Assembly: GCA_965219685.1 (NCBI GenBank)
Contig: CBDCOH010000002.1
Span: 960,001 to 1,024,000, forward strand
Reading direction: 5' to 3'
Source of the DNA: Candidatus Spongiisociaceae bacterium
GTDB lineage: Bacteria > Actinomycetota > Acidimicrobiia > Spongiisociales > Spongiisociaceae
DNA length: 64,000 nucleotides
Shown here: positions 49,161 through 59,628 of the stretch, one piece after another
Layout: each line of letters starts with the position of its first letter
Numbering within the stretch: position 1 is the stretch's first letter
The notes under the pieces: model-generated
The model's input: only the letters and a program-made list of their open reading frames with translations
Databases searched by the model: none
Told to the model about the DNA's origin: nothing
Translations under genes and position numbers: made by a program

Positions 49161-49913
49161 ATGGCGGAACTGTCCGACATCATCAACGAGACGATCAGGT
49201 TCGAGATCGAGGACTACCTGGAACGGCCGGAGGAGATTGGCCGCAACATTGAACTCTTCAGCCGGGCCCGACCCCTCATGCAGGACATCGCCGCGGCCCT
49301 CATCGAGGGCGAGCACCACGAGGTGGACCGGCTCACCGAAGGCGCGCTGGCGGACGGAATCGAGGCGCTCGAGATCATGGACGACGGCCTGATCGCGGGT
49401 ATGGGGATCGTGGGTATCAAGTTCAGGGAGAACTTCATCTTCGTGCCCGAGGTCCTGGCCTGCGCCCGCGCCATGAAGTCCGGAATGCGCCACATCGAAC
49501 CGATCCTGTCGGCCTCGGGGGTGGAGCCGATCGGCACCGTGATCATGGGAACCGTCAAGGGCGACCTGCACGACATCGGCAAGAACCTGTGCATCATGAT
49601 GCTGAGGGGCTCCGGGTTCGTCGTCGTGGACCTGGGGGTCGACACCTCGGCGGACGAGTTCATCGACGCCGTCGAGGAGCACGAGGCGAAGGTGATGGGA
49701 ATGTCGGCCCTGCTCACCACCACGATGCCGAACATGGGACGGACCATCGAGGCGTTCATCGACGAGGACCTACGGGACGAGGTCCAGATCATGGTGGGTG
49801 GCGCCCCGGTGACCCAGGAGTTCGCCGACGACATGGGGGCCGACGGTTACGGGAAGGACGCACTTGCATGCGTGGCCCTGGCCAAGCAACTCATGTCGGG
49901 CGACGACGGCTGA
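49161..49913 (+). CDS. Cobalamin-binding (corrinoid) protein
   Basis: GLIAGM..VG..F...FVPEVL, GTVKGDLHDIGKN (DxHxxG), MSALLTTTM, VGGAPV. Confidence 0.93.
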   Translation: MAELSDIINETIRFEIEDYLERPEEIGRNIELFSRARPLMQDIAAALIEGEHHEVDRLTEGALADGIEALEIMDDGLIAGMGIVGIKFRENFIFVPEVLACARAMKSGMRHIEPILSASGVEPIGTVIMGTVKGDLHDIGKNLCIMMLRGSGFVVVDLGVDTSADEFIDAVEEHEAKVMGMSALLTTTMPNMGRTIEAFIDEDLRDEVQIMVGGAPVTQEFADDMGADGYGKDALACVALAKQLMSGDDG

Positions 49914-50060
49914 ACGGAGAGGACTCAGGGAGCACCGCGACGGCTCGCACCTCCGCCACACATGCGGGAGCAGTTTCGGAACGGCTTCCGCCGTCGATCC
50001 GAGCGGCGTGGTTCGAACGAGTCACGGCTCTGCACACCGGCCGGCGCCGAGTCACGAGAT

Positions 50061-50261
50061 CGCGAAAAAACGCCGGAGCGGATGTCGGCCACGGGCCCTC
50101 CCCCAACCGCCACCTCCGAGGCTCGAAACGCGTCACCCTGTCCCCTGCCCAGGGTTCCCCTCGAGAATGATCCCGCCACGGTCCGATCGACGCCGGATCG
50201 GACCGATGGTGCTTGCGACTACCCCTCATTGTGCGGTACGGCTGTGACACGGTCAATCCCC
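50061..50261 (-). repeat. ~200-bp promoter-hairpin-terminator element, copy 3
   Basis: Minus strand TTGACC-G-TGTCAC-N10-CACAAT..CAAGCACC, 10-bp hairpin CGGTCCGATC/GATCGGACCG, CCTCGGAGGTGG..GGGCCC, then GTTTTTTCGCG. Confidence 0.8.
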
Positions 50262-50462
50262 TGGGGCCCGGTTGTCCGGCTGCGGGCCAGGTTGGGTGAC
50301 GATCCCGTTAGTGACCGGGTCGCTGCTCGACGGAAAGCGGGCCCACGTTGTCCTGCTTTCTCGCTCCTTCCGCCGTTCTCGGCCGACGACATTGGCGGGA
50401 CCCGGCGCGAGGGACGCGTTGATACCGGTAAACGGCGCCCTTACCGGCTAAGTTCGTGACGC

Positions 50463-53315
50463 GTGCCGATCCGTATCCAGGTGACCGCTTCAGACGACCC
50501 GAGAGAGGGTCACATCGTGGAGTTTGCTCGCCTGCTCGGCGTGCGCGGTCTGGTCGGTTGCCGTGTGAGCCGGGTCCATCATCTGCGTGGAGACCTCTCC
50601 GCGGACGACGTCGATCGTCTTTGCCGCGTTGCCCTGGTCGACCCGGTGGTCGACCAGGTGATTGTGGGATCCCCGCCGCCCGGTTCCCTCCCGGCGGTGG
50701 AGGTCGCGCCGCGCCCGGGCGTGACGGACACCGAGGCGCGGGAACTGGAACGGGCCGCTGCCGCCCTCGGTCTACCCCCCGTGCGGGCCTCCACCGCCCG
50801 TCGCTACGAGTTGATCGGTGACCTCGACGAGGGCGACGTCTCGGCCATCGGCCGCCGGTTGCTCGCCAACGAGACCATCGAGTTGCACTCGCTCGGAACC
50901 GTCCTTCCCCGCTTCGACTCCCCGGCGCCCGCCGAGGCGCGCGTCGAGACCGTCACGCTTGCCGGTTTGGCGGACGCCGACCTCGAGCGCATCAGCCGTG
51001 AACGCCTGCTCTCGCTAGACCTGGCCGAGATGCGGGCGATCCGGGCGCACTTCGCCCGCGCGGGTCGTGACCCGACCGACGCCGAACTCGAGACGCTGGC
51101 CCAGACCTGGTCGGAGCACTGCATGCACAAGACCTTCCGCGCCCGCATCCGATTGGAGCACACGAGGGCCGACGGGACGGTGGTGGTTTCCGACCACGAC
51201 GGCCTTCTCGCCGCGCTGAGAAGGGTCACCGAGGATCTGGCTCCGCCCTGGCTCCGCTCCGCATTCGACGACAACGCCGGCATCGTGGCCTTCGATGATG
51301 ACTTCGACCTCGCGTTCAAGGTCGAGACCCACAACCACCCTTCGGCGCTTGAGCCTTTCGGGGGCGCCAACACCGGGATCGGCGGCGTGGTACGGGACGT
51401 GATGGGCGTGTCGGCGCGTCCGATCGCCTGCACGAACGTCCTCTGTTTCGGACCGCCCGACCCAGCCGACGGTGATCTGCCGCCTGGGGTGCTGCATCCC
51501 CGTCGTATACGTGACGGGGTGGTGGCCGGGATCGGCGACTACGGCAACAAGCTGGGCCTTCCCACGGTCAACGGAGCGGTCATCTACGACGAGGGATACA
51601 TCGCGAACCCGCTGGTCTACTGCGGAGCATTGGGCCTGCTCCCGGCAGGATCGCACCCGACCGATCCGCAGGCCGGCGACCGGGTCATCGCCATCGGAGG
51701 CCGGACCGGAAGGGACGGCATCCACGGAGCCACCTTCTCCTCGGCGGGTATGGACGAGACCACTGTCGAGCAGGCCGGGACGGCTGTTCAGATCGGTGAC
51801 CCGATCACCCAGAAGGGGTGTATCGAGGTCGTCGAGCAGGCTCGAGACCGGGGTCTGTACAACGCCATCACAGACTGCGGCGCCGGTGGGTTCTCCTCGG
51901 CGGTGGGAGAGATGGGCGAAGACCTCGGCGCCGAGGTCGACTTGGCGGGCGTGCCCCTCAAGTACGAGGGCCTGGAACCGTGGGAGATCTGGCTCTCGGA
52001 GGCCCAGGAGCGCATGGTGCTTGCGGTGCCACCAGGCAAAGTCGAAGCCCTGCGCGGCCTGTGCCGGGGTCACGACGTGGAGATGACCGATATCGGGTCC
52101 TTCACCGCAACCGGGCGCCTGACGGTGCGCCACGGCGAGACCCGGGTGGTCGACCTCCCCATGGAGTTCCTCCACAACGGCGTCCCGCGCCGGGAGATGG
52201 TCGGGCGGTGGGTCGATCCGGTTCCGCGACCGGGGTGGGTCCCCGACGTCGACTCTACCCGGCTCGTTCTGGACCTCCTGTCCCATCCGATCGTCGCCTC
52301 CAAGGAGGCCATCGTCCGCACCTACGACCACGAGGTGCGGGGCGGCACGGTCGGGCGTCCGTTCGTCGGCGTGGAGGCCGACGGCCCCGGCGACGGCGCA
52401 GTTCTGAAGCCCCTGGGTACCTGGCACCACGACGCCGCGGTGGCGCTGGCGGTCGGTATCAATCCCCGCATCGGCCGCCTCGATCCCCGGGCGATGGCGC
52501 TGCACGCCATCGACGAGGCCGTGCGGAATCTCGTGGCGGTAGGGGCCGACCCGGCGCGGGTGGCCCTGCTCGACAACTTCTGCTGGGGCGACCCCACCAA
52601 GCCCGACCGGCTCGGGTCGCTGGTCAGGGCGGTGGAAGGGTGCGTGGAGGGAGCGCGCCGGTATCGCATGCCATTCATCTCCGGGAAGGACAGCCTGTTC
52701 AACGAGTACGCCGGAAAGGCGATCCCCGGCACCCTGCTCATCTCGGCTCTCGGGCTCGTACCGGACCTGCATCGCACCGTTGCCAGCGCGCTCATGGGCG
52801 CGGGCAACGATCTGTGGCTGGTCGGAGAACCGTCGGACCGTCTCGGCGGCTCCCTGGTCGACGAACTGCTGTCTATCGGTGACCACCGCGTACCGCCGGC
52901 CCTGGACGATCCCCTCCGGCGATACATCGAGATCCACCGGATGATCATCGAGGGAACCGTCGTCGCCGCCCACGACGTGAGCGACGGAGGCATCGCGGTG
53001 GCGATCGCGGAGATGGCCGTGGGAGGCAGGCTCGGGGTCGAGGCCGCCGTCCCGGCCGCGGGGTCGGGCCTGGTCGCCACGCTCGGCAACGAGGCGCCAG
53101 GTCAACTCCTTCTGGAGTCGCTCCCCGCCAGCCGTGACCACCTCGCGAACCGGCTCGGCACGCTGGGACGCCGTATCGGCGTGGTAACCGGGGGTCCCAC
53201 GATCGAGATCCGGGTGGCCGACCCGGCCGGATCGCCTGCGGATCACCGGGAGTCGGTGACGATCCGTCTCGAGGCAGCTGTCCGGGCCTTCACCGGCCGC
53301 GGGGCCGGGCCGTGA
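50463..53315 (+). CDS. purL: FGAM synthase subunit PurL with N-terminal PurS-like extension
   Basis: QTWSEHCMHKTF, KVETHNHPSALEPFGGANTG, DCGAGG, SEAQERM, ISGKDS, HDVSDGG; 950 aa. Confidence 0.95.
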   Translation: MPIRIQVTASDDPREGHIVEFARLLGVRGLVGCRVSRVHHLRGDLSADDVDRLCRVALVDPVVDQVIVGSPPPGSLPAVEVAPRPGVTDTEARELERAAAALGLPPVRASTARRYELIGDLDEGDVSAIGRRLLANETIELHSLGTVLPRFDSPAPAEARVETVTLAGLADADLERISRERLLSLDLAEMRAIRAHFARAGRDPTDAELETLAQTWSEHCMHKTFRARIRLEHTRADGTVVVSDHDGLLAALRRVTEDLAPPWLRSAFDDNAGIVAFDDDFDLAFKVETHNHPSALEPFGGANTGIGGVVRDVMGVSARPIACTNVLCFGPPDPADGDLPPGVLHPRRIRDGVVAGIGDYGNKLGLPTVNGAVIYDEGYIANPLVYCGALGLLPAGSHPTDPQAGDRVIAIGGRTGRDGIHGATFSSAGMDETTVEQAGTAVQIGDPITQKGCIEVVEQARDRGLYNAITDCGAGGFSSAVGEMGEDLGAEVDLAGVPLKYEGLEPWEIWLSEAQERMVLAVPPGKVEALRGLCRGHDVEMTDIGSFTATGRLTVRHGETRVVDLPMEFLHNGVPRREMVGRWVDPVPRPGWVPDVDSTRLVLDLLSHPIVASKEAIVRTYDHEVRGGTVGRPFVGVEADGPGDGAVLKPLGTWHHDAAVALAVGINPRIGRLDPRAMALHAIDEAVRNLVAVGADPARVALLDNFCWGDPTKPDRLGSLVRAVEGCVEGARRYRMPFISGKDSLFNEYAGKAIPGTLLISALGLVPDLHRTVASALMGAGNDLWLVGEPSDRLGGSLVDELLSIGDHRVPPALDDPLRRYIEIHRMIIEGTVVAAHDVSDGGIAVAIAEMAVGGRLGVEAAVPAAGSGLVATLGNEAPGQLLLESLPASRDHLANRLGTLGRRIGVVTGGPTIEIRVADPAGSPADHRESVTIRLEAAVRAFTGRGAGP

Positions 53316-54103
53316 CTCGCCCACCCATCCTCATCCTCCACGCTCCGGGAACGAACCGGGACACCGAAGCCGCGGTGGCCGTCGAACTGGCGGGAGGGGA
53401 CCCTCGCATCGTGTCCGTCCACGACATCCGGACCGGGGCGGCCTCGGTATCCGACTTCGCCGGCCTGTTGCTACCGGGAGGGTTCTCCTATGGCGACGCG
53501 CTGGGCGCCGGAGTGCGGCTGGCCCTCGAACTCCGCACGTGGCTGTACGACGAGCTCAGCGAGACCGTACGGGCGGGCCGGCCCGTGCTCGGGATATGCA
53601 ACGGATTCCAGACCCTCCTCAAGGCCGGCCTGCTCGGAGGTCCGCAGGGGTCCGGTGAGCAGCGGATGGTCACACTCACCGACAACGCCGCCGGCCGCTT
53701 CGAATGCCGCTGGGTGACGCTGCGGGTCGAGCCGGGCAACCGGTCTGGCTGGCTCGGTTCCCTGGAGGGTTCGAAGGTCCGTTGTCCGGTGGCCCACGGG
53801 GAGGGCCGGATGGCGGTAAGCGACTCACGGGTCGTCGCGCTCCTCCAGGAGGAGGGAATGATCGCCTTCCGTTATCTGTCGGTCGACGGTCACGGGGGTG
53901 GCGACCGGCTCGCCGGAGGGAGTTACCCGGCCAACCCCAATGGCTCGGCGGGTGACATCGCCGGTCTGTGCGACTCCACCGGGGCGGTGGTCGGACTGAT
54001 GCCCCATCCCGAGGACCATGTCGTCGATTGGCAGAGGCCGGGCGGGCCGCCCGGCGCACGGGGGCTACCGCTCTTCGAGGCGTTCGTGGATGCTGCCCGA
54101 TGA
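53312..54103 (+). CDS. purQ: FGAM synthase glutaminase subunit PurQ
   Basis: PGTNRD, PGGFSYGD, GICNGFQ, AHGEG, MPHPE. Confidence 0.96.
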   Translation: MTRPPILILHAPGTNRDTEAAVAVELAGGDPRIVSVHDIRTGAASVSDFAGLLLPGGFSYGDALGAGVRLALELRTWLYDELSETVRAGRPVLGICNGFQTLLKAGLLGGPQGSGEQRMVTLTDNAAGRFECRWVTLRVEPGNRSGWLGSLEGSKVRCPVAHGEGRMAVSDSRVVALLQEEGMIAFRYLSVDGHGGGDRLAGGSYPANPNGSAGDIAGLCDSTGAVVGLMPHPEDHVVDWQRPGGPPGARGLPLFEAFVDAAR

Positions 54104-54188
54104 GCAGTCGCCTGTCCGCGAAATGGGGGTGTGACGTGCATGTGGAGCACGGCAAGCCACAATGCGGCCGGACCACGGGCGTGGGCTG

Positions 54189-55163
54189 GTGAGCACCGAC
54201 CTGGCTCCCGCCCTGACCCGTCCCTTCACGGGGATCGAGGTCGCCGACCTGCAGGGTATAGGTCCGGTGACTCGCGGCAAGGTCCGTGACGTCGTCGATC
54301 TGGGTGACCGCCTGGCACTGGTTGCCACCGACCGCCTGTCGGCGTTCGACCGGGTGCTCGGAACCGTGCCCTACCGAGGCCAGGTCCTCAACCAGCTGTC
54401 TGCCTGGTGGTTCGAGCGGATCCCAGACCTGGCTCGAACCCATGCGATCGACGTTCCGGATCCCAACGTGATGATCGTCCGCAAGTGCCGGCCACTACCG
54501 GTGGAGGTAGTGGTGCGGAGCAGGCTGACCGGGACGACGGGTACCTCGCTGTGGACGATGTACGCGGCGGGTGCCCGCCGCGCCTACGGGATCTGCTTGC
54601 CGCACGGCTTGGAGAAGAACGACCCACTCCCCCGGCCGGTCGTCACCCCGACCACCAAGGGCGCCCGGGGCACGCACGACCGGCCGGTAACCGAGCGGGA
54701 GATCGTGGACGAGGGCCTGGTGGAGGCCGGGTGTTGGGACGAGGTGCGCAGTACCGCGCTCGCCGTGTTCGAGCGCGGCCGGCGGGCGGCCTCGGACGTC
54801 GGTTTGGTGCTCGTCGATACCAAGTACGAGTTCGGTCTCGATGCCGAGGGCCGGGTGGTCATCATCGACGAGGTACACACGCCCGACTCCTCACGCTTCT
54901 GGAGGGCGGCGACTGTCGCGGAGCGCATCGCTGCCGGAGAGGAGCCCGAAAACCTGGACAAGGAACTCGTGCGGCTTGCCTATGCCGCTCGGGGCTTCAC
55001 CGGCGACGGCGACCCTCCGCCACTCGCGACAGAACTGGCGGTAACCGCGGCGCGCGCCTACCTGGAGGTGTTCGAGGCGTTCACCGGCCGGCCTCTGGAT
55101 CCGGCGTCCTACCCGGCCGCTCCACGGGTCATTACCGCGATTCGCGCCCGACATCGTTCATAA
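54189..55163 (+). CDS. purC: SAICAR synthetase
   Basis: [37 protein letters not shown]. Confidence 0.96.
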   Translation: MSTDLAPALTRPFTGIEVADLQGIGPVTRGKVRDVVDLGDRLALVATDRLSAFDRVLGTVPYRGQVLNQLSAWWFERIPDLARTHAIDVPDPNVMIVRKCRPLPVEVVVRSRLTGTTGTSLWTMYAAGARRAYGICLPHGLEKNDPLPRPVVTPTTKGARGTHDRPVTEREIVDEGLVEAGCWDEVRSTALAVFERGRRAASDVGLVLVDTKYEFGLDAEGRVVIIDEVHTPDSSRFWRAATVAERIAAGEEPENLDKELVRLAYAARGFTGDGDPPPLATELAVTAARAYLEVFEAFTGRPLDPASYPAAPRVITAIRARHRS

Positions 55164-55228
55164 TCGTGACTCAGGATCCGCCCGGGTGGCGACGCCACTC
55201 GCCGGCGGAGGGCGGAGGAGAAAACAGC

Positions 55229-55720
55229 GTGACCGGGCACCCGCTCGTCGGCGTAATCATGGGCAGCGACTCGGACTGGCCCACAATGCGGCGCGCCGCC
55301 GAGGTACTCGATGACTTCGGTGTTCCCCACGAATGCCGGGTCGTGTCGGCACACCGCACCCCCGGCCTGATGGTGGAGTACGCCGCGGGGGCTTCCCGGC
55401 GGGGTCTCGAGGCGATCATCGCCGGGGCCGGAGGCGCCGCCCACCTGCCGGGCATGGTGGCGGGGCACACCATCGTCCCTGTCATCGGCGTCCCGATCCA
55501 GAGCCGCGCCCTCAGAGGCATGGATTCCCTCCTCTCGATAGTGCAGATGCCCGCCGGCGTGCCGGTCGCCACGATGGCGATCGGGGAGGCCGGAGCCACC
55601 AACGCCGGCCTCTACGCGGTGGCCATGCTGGCTCGCCACGATCCGCGGCTGGCCGAGCGCCTCACCGCGTACCGCGAGCGGAGGGCCGCGGCCGTCCTCG
55701 ACATCGAGATCGAGTTGTGA
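55229..55720 (+). CDS. purE: N5-CAIR mutase PurE
   Basis: [36 protein letters not shown]; GGAGGAG RBS. Confidence 0.97.
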   Translation: MTGHPLVGVIMGSDSDWPTMRRAAEVLDDFGVPHECRVVSAHRTPGLMVEYAAGASRRGLEAIIAGAGGAAHLPGMVAGHTIVPVIGVPIQSRALRGMDSLLSIVQMPAGVPVATMAIGEAGATNAGLYAVAMLARHDPRLAERLTAYRERRAAAVLDIEIEL

Positions 55721-56880
55721 TCGACAGCGGCGTGGCGCCCGGAGGCACCATCGGGATCGTGGGTGGTGGACAACTGGGAAGGATGCTGTCGTTCGAGGCC
55801 CACCGGCTCGGGTACCGGGTGGCGGTGCTGACCGGAGGGGGCAAGGACACACCCGGAGGGCGGGTCGCGGACGTCGAGGTCGCGGCCGGGTACGACGACG
55901 GGTTGGCCGTCCGGCGCTTCGTGGGTCTGTCAGATGTGATCACGTGGGAGTTCGAGAACGTCGAGGTGCCTCTGCTGGCCGACGTGGCGTCCGCGTCGGG
56001 CGTACCGGTCCGGCCGGGCGGCACCATCATCGCGGCTGCCCAGCACCGGGGCCGGGAACGCCGAGCCCTGACGGCGGCCGGAGCGCCCGTGGCCGCTTTC
56101 CGCGAAGTCGCCACGGCGGACGAATTGGTCCGGGCAGTGGAGGATCTCGGCCCACCGGTCATCGCCAAGCGGGTCCGGTTCGGGTACGACGGCCGAGGTC
56201 AGGTCCGGCTCGCGTCGCCTGACCAAGCCGAGGCGGACCGGATTGTCGAGGCGATCGGCGAGGAGGGTTTGATAGTCGAAGAGGTGGTTCCCTTCGATGC
56301 GGAGATATCGGTGGTCGTGGCCAGGGGGATCACCGGCGAGATGACCCACCACGGGGTCATGGAGAACGTTCACGTGGACGGGATCCTCGACACCACCGTC
56401 ACGCCTCCCCTGTCGGTATCGACCAGGGTGGCCGTAGCGGCGGTGGATCTGGCTGCCACGGTGGCCGAACACCTCGGACTGGTCGGGGTGCTCTGCGTCG
56501 AGATGTTCGTGACCGGCGAGGACTTGGTGGTGAACGAGATCGCTCCGCGGCCCCACAACAGCGGCCACTGCACCATCGAGGCGGCTTCGGCCAGCCAGTT
56601 CGGCCAGCAGTTGCGCTCCATCTGTGGCCTTCCCCTCGGCGACGGCTCCTGCCGCCCGGCGGCCATGGCGCAACTTCTCGGGGATCTGTGGGGCGACCCT
56701 CCCCGCCGCCCCGCGTGGGAGGTGGCCATGGTCGACCCTGGCGCGTATCTTCATCTCTACGGTAAGGACGAGGTCCGTGCGGGTCGCAAGATGGGCCACA
56801 TCACGTGTGTCGACAGTTCAGCCGACCGAGCCCTGGAGCGGGCTCTGGCAGCGCGGCGCCGGCTCCGGGGGCGGTCATGA
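55717..56880 (+). CDS. purK: N5-CAIR synthetase PurK
   Basis: [42 protein letters not shown]. Confidence 0.96.
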   Translation: MIDSGVAPGGTIGIVGGGQLGRMLSFEAHRLGYRVAVLTGGGKDTPGGRVADVEVAAGYDDGLAVRRFVGLSDVITWEFENVEVPLLADVASASGVPVRPGGTIIAAAQHRGRERRALTAAGAPVAAFREVATADELVRAVEDLGPPVIAKRVRFGYDGRGQVRLASPDQAEADRIVEAIGEEGLIVEEVVPFDAEISVVVARGITGEMTHHGVMENVHVDGILDTTVTPPLSVSTRVAVAAVDLAATVAEHLGLVGVLCVEMFVTGEDLVVNEIAPRPHNSGHCTIEAASASQFGQQLRSICGLPLGDGSCRPAAMAQLLGDLWGDPPRRPAWEVAMVDPGAYLHLYGKDEVRAGRKMGHITCVDSSADRALERALAARRRLRGRS

Positions 56881-58307
56881 TTCCCGGGTTGGACCGTGAC
56901 AGCCCCCGGGAACAGTGCGGGGTGGTCGGTGTGTACGCGGCCGATCGGGAGGCGGCCCGGATCACCTTCTTCGGTCTCTTCGCCCTCCAGCACCGGGGTC
57001 AGGAAGCGGCCGGGATCGTGAGCTACGACGGCCTGTTCGCCCATGTCCATAAGGGGGAAGGCCTGGTCGGGTCGGTCTTCAACGAGGACATCCTCGCCAC
57101 CCTGAAAGGCGGAGCCGCCATCGGCCACACCCGCTACAGCACCACCGGTGGATCCACCCTCCGCAACGCTCAGCCGCAGGTGATCGAGACCATCGACGGC
57201 CCGCTGGCGGTGGCCCACAACGGGAACCTCGTGAACGCCCCCCAACTCCGCCGCCAACTGCTCGAGCGGGGGGTCGGCCTCCAGACCTCATCCGACACCG
57301 AACTGATGGTGCACGTCCTCACCGGGGCCGGGGGTGGCTGGATCGACCGGATCCGGGCCCTCATGAGACAGGTCGAAGGCGCGTACTCGCTCACGATCCT
57401 CACCCGCGACGCTGTCTACGGGGTCCGCGATCCGTGGGGCTTCCGCCCCCTGGTGATCGGGGAGATCGACAGCGGATACGTACTGGCCTCCGAGACCTGC
57501 GCCTTCTCCACGACGGGGGCCAAGTTCGTGTCCGAGTTGCAGCCCGGCGAGATTGCCAGGATCGACGACCTCGGGCTGCACATCGAGGAGGGCGCTCCGC
57601 CCCGGACCCGGGCCTTCTGCACCTTCGAAGAGATCTACTTCTCCCGTCCCGACAGCGTCCACGACGGCAACCTCGTGCACAGCGTCCGCCAGCGCCTCGG
57701 CCGCGAGCTGGCCCGCGAAGCGCCCGTCGAGGCCGACCTGGTCCTGTCCGTACCAGACTCGGGGACACCCCACGCGGTGGGCTTCGCCCAGGAAGCGGGC
57801 CTGCCCTACACCGAGGGGCTGATCAAGAACCGCTACGTGGGGCGGACCTTCATAGAGCCGACCCAGGAGTTGCGCAACGCCGGCGTGGCGATGAAGTTCA
57901 ACCCGCTCCGGGACAATCTCGCCGGTCGGCGGATCGTCATGGTCGACGACTCGATCGTGCGGGGCACGACCGGTGGGCAGCTGGTTCGCATGCTGCGCGA
58001 CGCGGGGGCGTCAGAAGTACACGTGCGGGTAGCGTGCCCCGCCATCACCCATCCCTGCTACATGGGGATCGACATGGCCACTTCTGAGGAGTTGGTCGCC
58101 TCCCGCCTCTCGATCGCCGAGATCCGCGAGGAGATCGGAGCGGACTCCCTCGCATTTCTCTCGCTCGAGGGCCTGATGAGGGCGCTGGGAGCGGATGACG
58201 GCTACTGCAACGCGTGCTTCACCGGCGAGTATCCCTTCGAGCCCGAGCGGTTCGTCCAGTTGCAACTCGGGCTCAAGGATCGCTTCGCCTCGGTGTGGGG
58301 AGAGTGA
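56877..58307 (+). CDS. purF: Amidophosphoribosyltransferase (propeptide, Fe-S type)
   Basis: ..PREQ/CGVVG, LQHRGQE, GHTRYST, VDDSIVRGTT, CYMGID, CNACF. Confidence 0.97.
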   Translation: MIPGLDRDSPREQCGVVGVYAADREAARITFFGLFALQHRGQEAAGIVSYDGLFAHVHKGEGLVGSVFNEDILATLKGGAAIGHTRYSTTGGSTLRNAQPQVIETIDGPLAVAHNGNLVNAPQLRRQLLERGVGLQTSSDTELMVHVLTGAGGGWIDRIRALMRQVEGAYSLTILTRDAVYGVRDPWGFRPLVIGEIDSGYVLASETCAFSTTGAKFVSELQPGEIARIDDLGLHIEEGAPPRTRAFCTFEEIYFSRPDSVHDGNLVHSVRQRLGRELAREAPVEADLVLSVPDSGTPHAVGFAQEAGLPYTEGLIKNRYVGRTFIEPTQELRNAGVAMKFNPLRDNLAGRRIVMVDDSIVRGTTGGQLVRMLRDAGASEVHVRVACPAITHPCYMGIDMATSEELVASRLSIAEIREEIGADSLAFLSLEGLMRALGADDGYCNACFTGEYPFEPERFVQLQLGLKDRFASVWGE

Positions 58308-58311
58308 GTCC

Positions 58312-59628
58312 GTGAGCACGGTGCTCGTGGTGGGTGGAGGAGGCCGCGAGCACGCGCTCTGCTGGTCGTTGGGCAAATCGCCCCATGTCGAGCGGATCCT
58401 CGTGGCGCCCGGCAACGCCGGAACCGCCCTGGCGGAACGCTGCCAGAACCTCGCCGTGGGGGCAGGCGATCTGGCCGGATTGGTGGACGCGGCCCGCCGC
58501 GAATCGGTCGATCTGGTGGCGGTAGGTCCCGAGGCTCCACTGGCCGCGGGCCTGGGCGACGCTCTGGATGCGTTCGGTGTTCCCACCTTCGGGCCCTCCT
58601 CGGCCTGTGCCCGCCTGGAGGCCTCAAAGGCGTACTGCAAGACGTTCCTGGGAGCGCTTTCCGTACCGACCGCGGCCTCGGAAACCTTCCGGGAGCCGGA
58701 GCCCGCACTGGCATATCTCGAACGGCTCCCCTCCGTGCCCGTCATCAAGGCAAGCGGTTTGGCGGCCGGGAAAGGAGTGGTGGTGGCCGAGACACGCGGG
58801 GAAGCGGCCGAGGCCCTCCAAGCCATGCTCGTAGACCGACGGTTCGGCGACGCGGGAAGTGAGGTCGTCGTGGAGGAGCGGCTGCGGGGCATCGAGGTGT
58901 CGGTGCTCGCCTTCAGCGACGGGAAGGACTTCGTGGTCATGCCAGCGGCGCAGGACCACAAGCGGATCTTCGACGGCGACCGGGGACCCAACACCGGAGG
59001 TATGGGTGCCTTCGTTCCGTCACCGGTTGCCACCACGGGGGTTGTCGAAGAGGTGGCCGATCACATCATCCGCCCGACCCTCGACGCGCTGCGCGAGGCT
59101 GGCACGCCTTACCGCGGCGTGATCTACTTCGGGTTGATGCTCACCGGCGACGGACCCAAGGTGCTGGAGATCAACTGCCGCCTGGGCGATCCGGAGACCC
59201 AGGCGGTTCTGCCACTGCTCGAGAGCGACCTCTTCGAGGTGATGCTGGCCTGTGCCACCGGCTCGTTGGGGGATGTCGCGGTCGAGTGGTCAGGGTCGGC
59301 CTGCACGACGGTGGTGATGGCGTCATCCGGATACCCGACGGCTTCGGCCGCACCCGTGCCCATCACCGGTCTCGAAGCGGCGGCGCAGGAAGGATGCCTC
59401 TTGTTCCATGCCGGGACCGGCCGAATCGGCGGCGCCATCCAGGCCACCGGCGGCAGGGTGTTGGGGGTGAGCGCTCTGGGAAGCACCCTGGCGGAGGCGA
59501 CGGACCGTGCCTACGCGGGTGTCGGAGCCATCGCTTTCGAGGGCTCGCACTACCGCCGCGACATCGGCCGCGGCGATGCGCCGGATGCTGCCCGAGAAGG
59601 GCTCGCTCGGGAAGCCGGCGTGGGATGA
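58312..59628 (+). CDS. purD: Phosphoribosylamine--glycine ligase
   Basis: GGGGREHA, GPEAPL, GLAAGKGV, QDHKR, GPNTGGMG, RLGDPETQ. Confidence 0.97.
   Translation: MSTVLVVGGGGREHALCWSLGKSPHVERILVAPGNAGTALAERCQNLAVGAGDLAGLVDAARRESVDLVAVGPEAPLAAGLGDALDAFGVPTFGPSSACARLEASKAYCKTFLGALSVPTAASETFREPEPALAYLERLPSVPVIKASGLAAGKGVVVAETRGEAAEALQAMLVDRRFGDAGSEVVVEERLRGIEVSVLAFSDGKDFVVMPAAQDHKRIFDGDRGPNTGGMGAFVPSPVATTGVVEEVADHIIRPTLDALREAGTPYRGVIYFGLMLTGDGPKVLEINCRLGDPETQAVLPLLESDLFEVMLACATGSLGDVAVEWSGSACTTVVMASSGYPTASAAPVPITGLEAAAQEGCLLFHAGTGRIGGAIQATGGRVLGVSALGSTLAEATDRAYAGVGAIAFEGSHYRRDIGRGDAPDAAREGLAREAGVG

Noticed and set aside
54104-55228. ZTP or purine riboswitch in the pur operon gaps (54104-54188, 55164-55228)
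   Set aside because: GC hairpins are present, but the conserved riboswitch sequence elements were not found.
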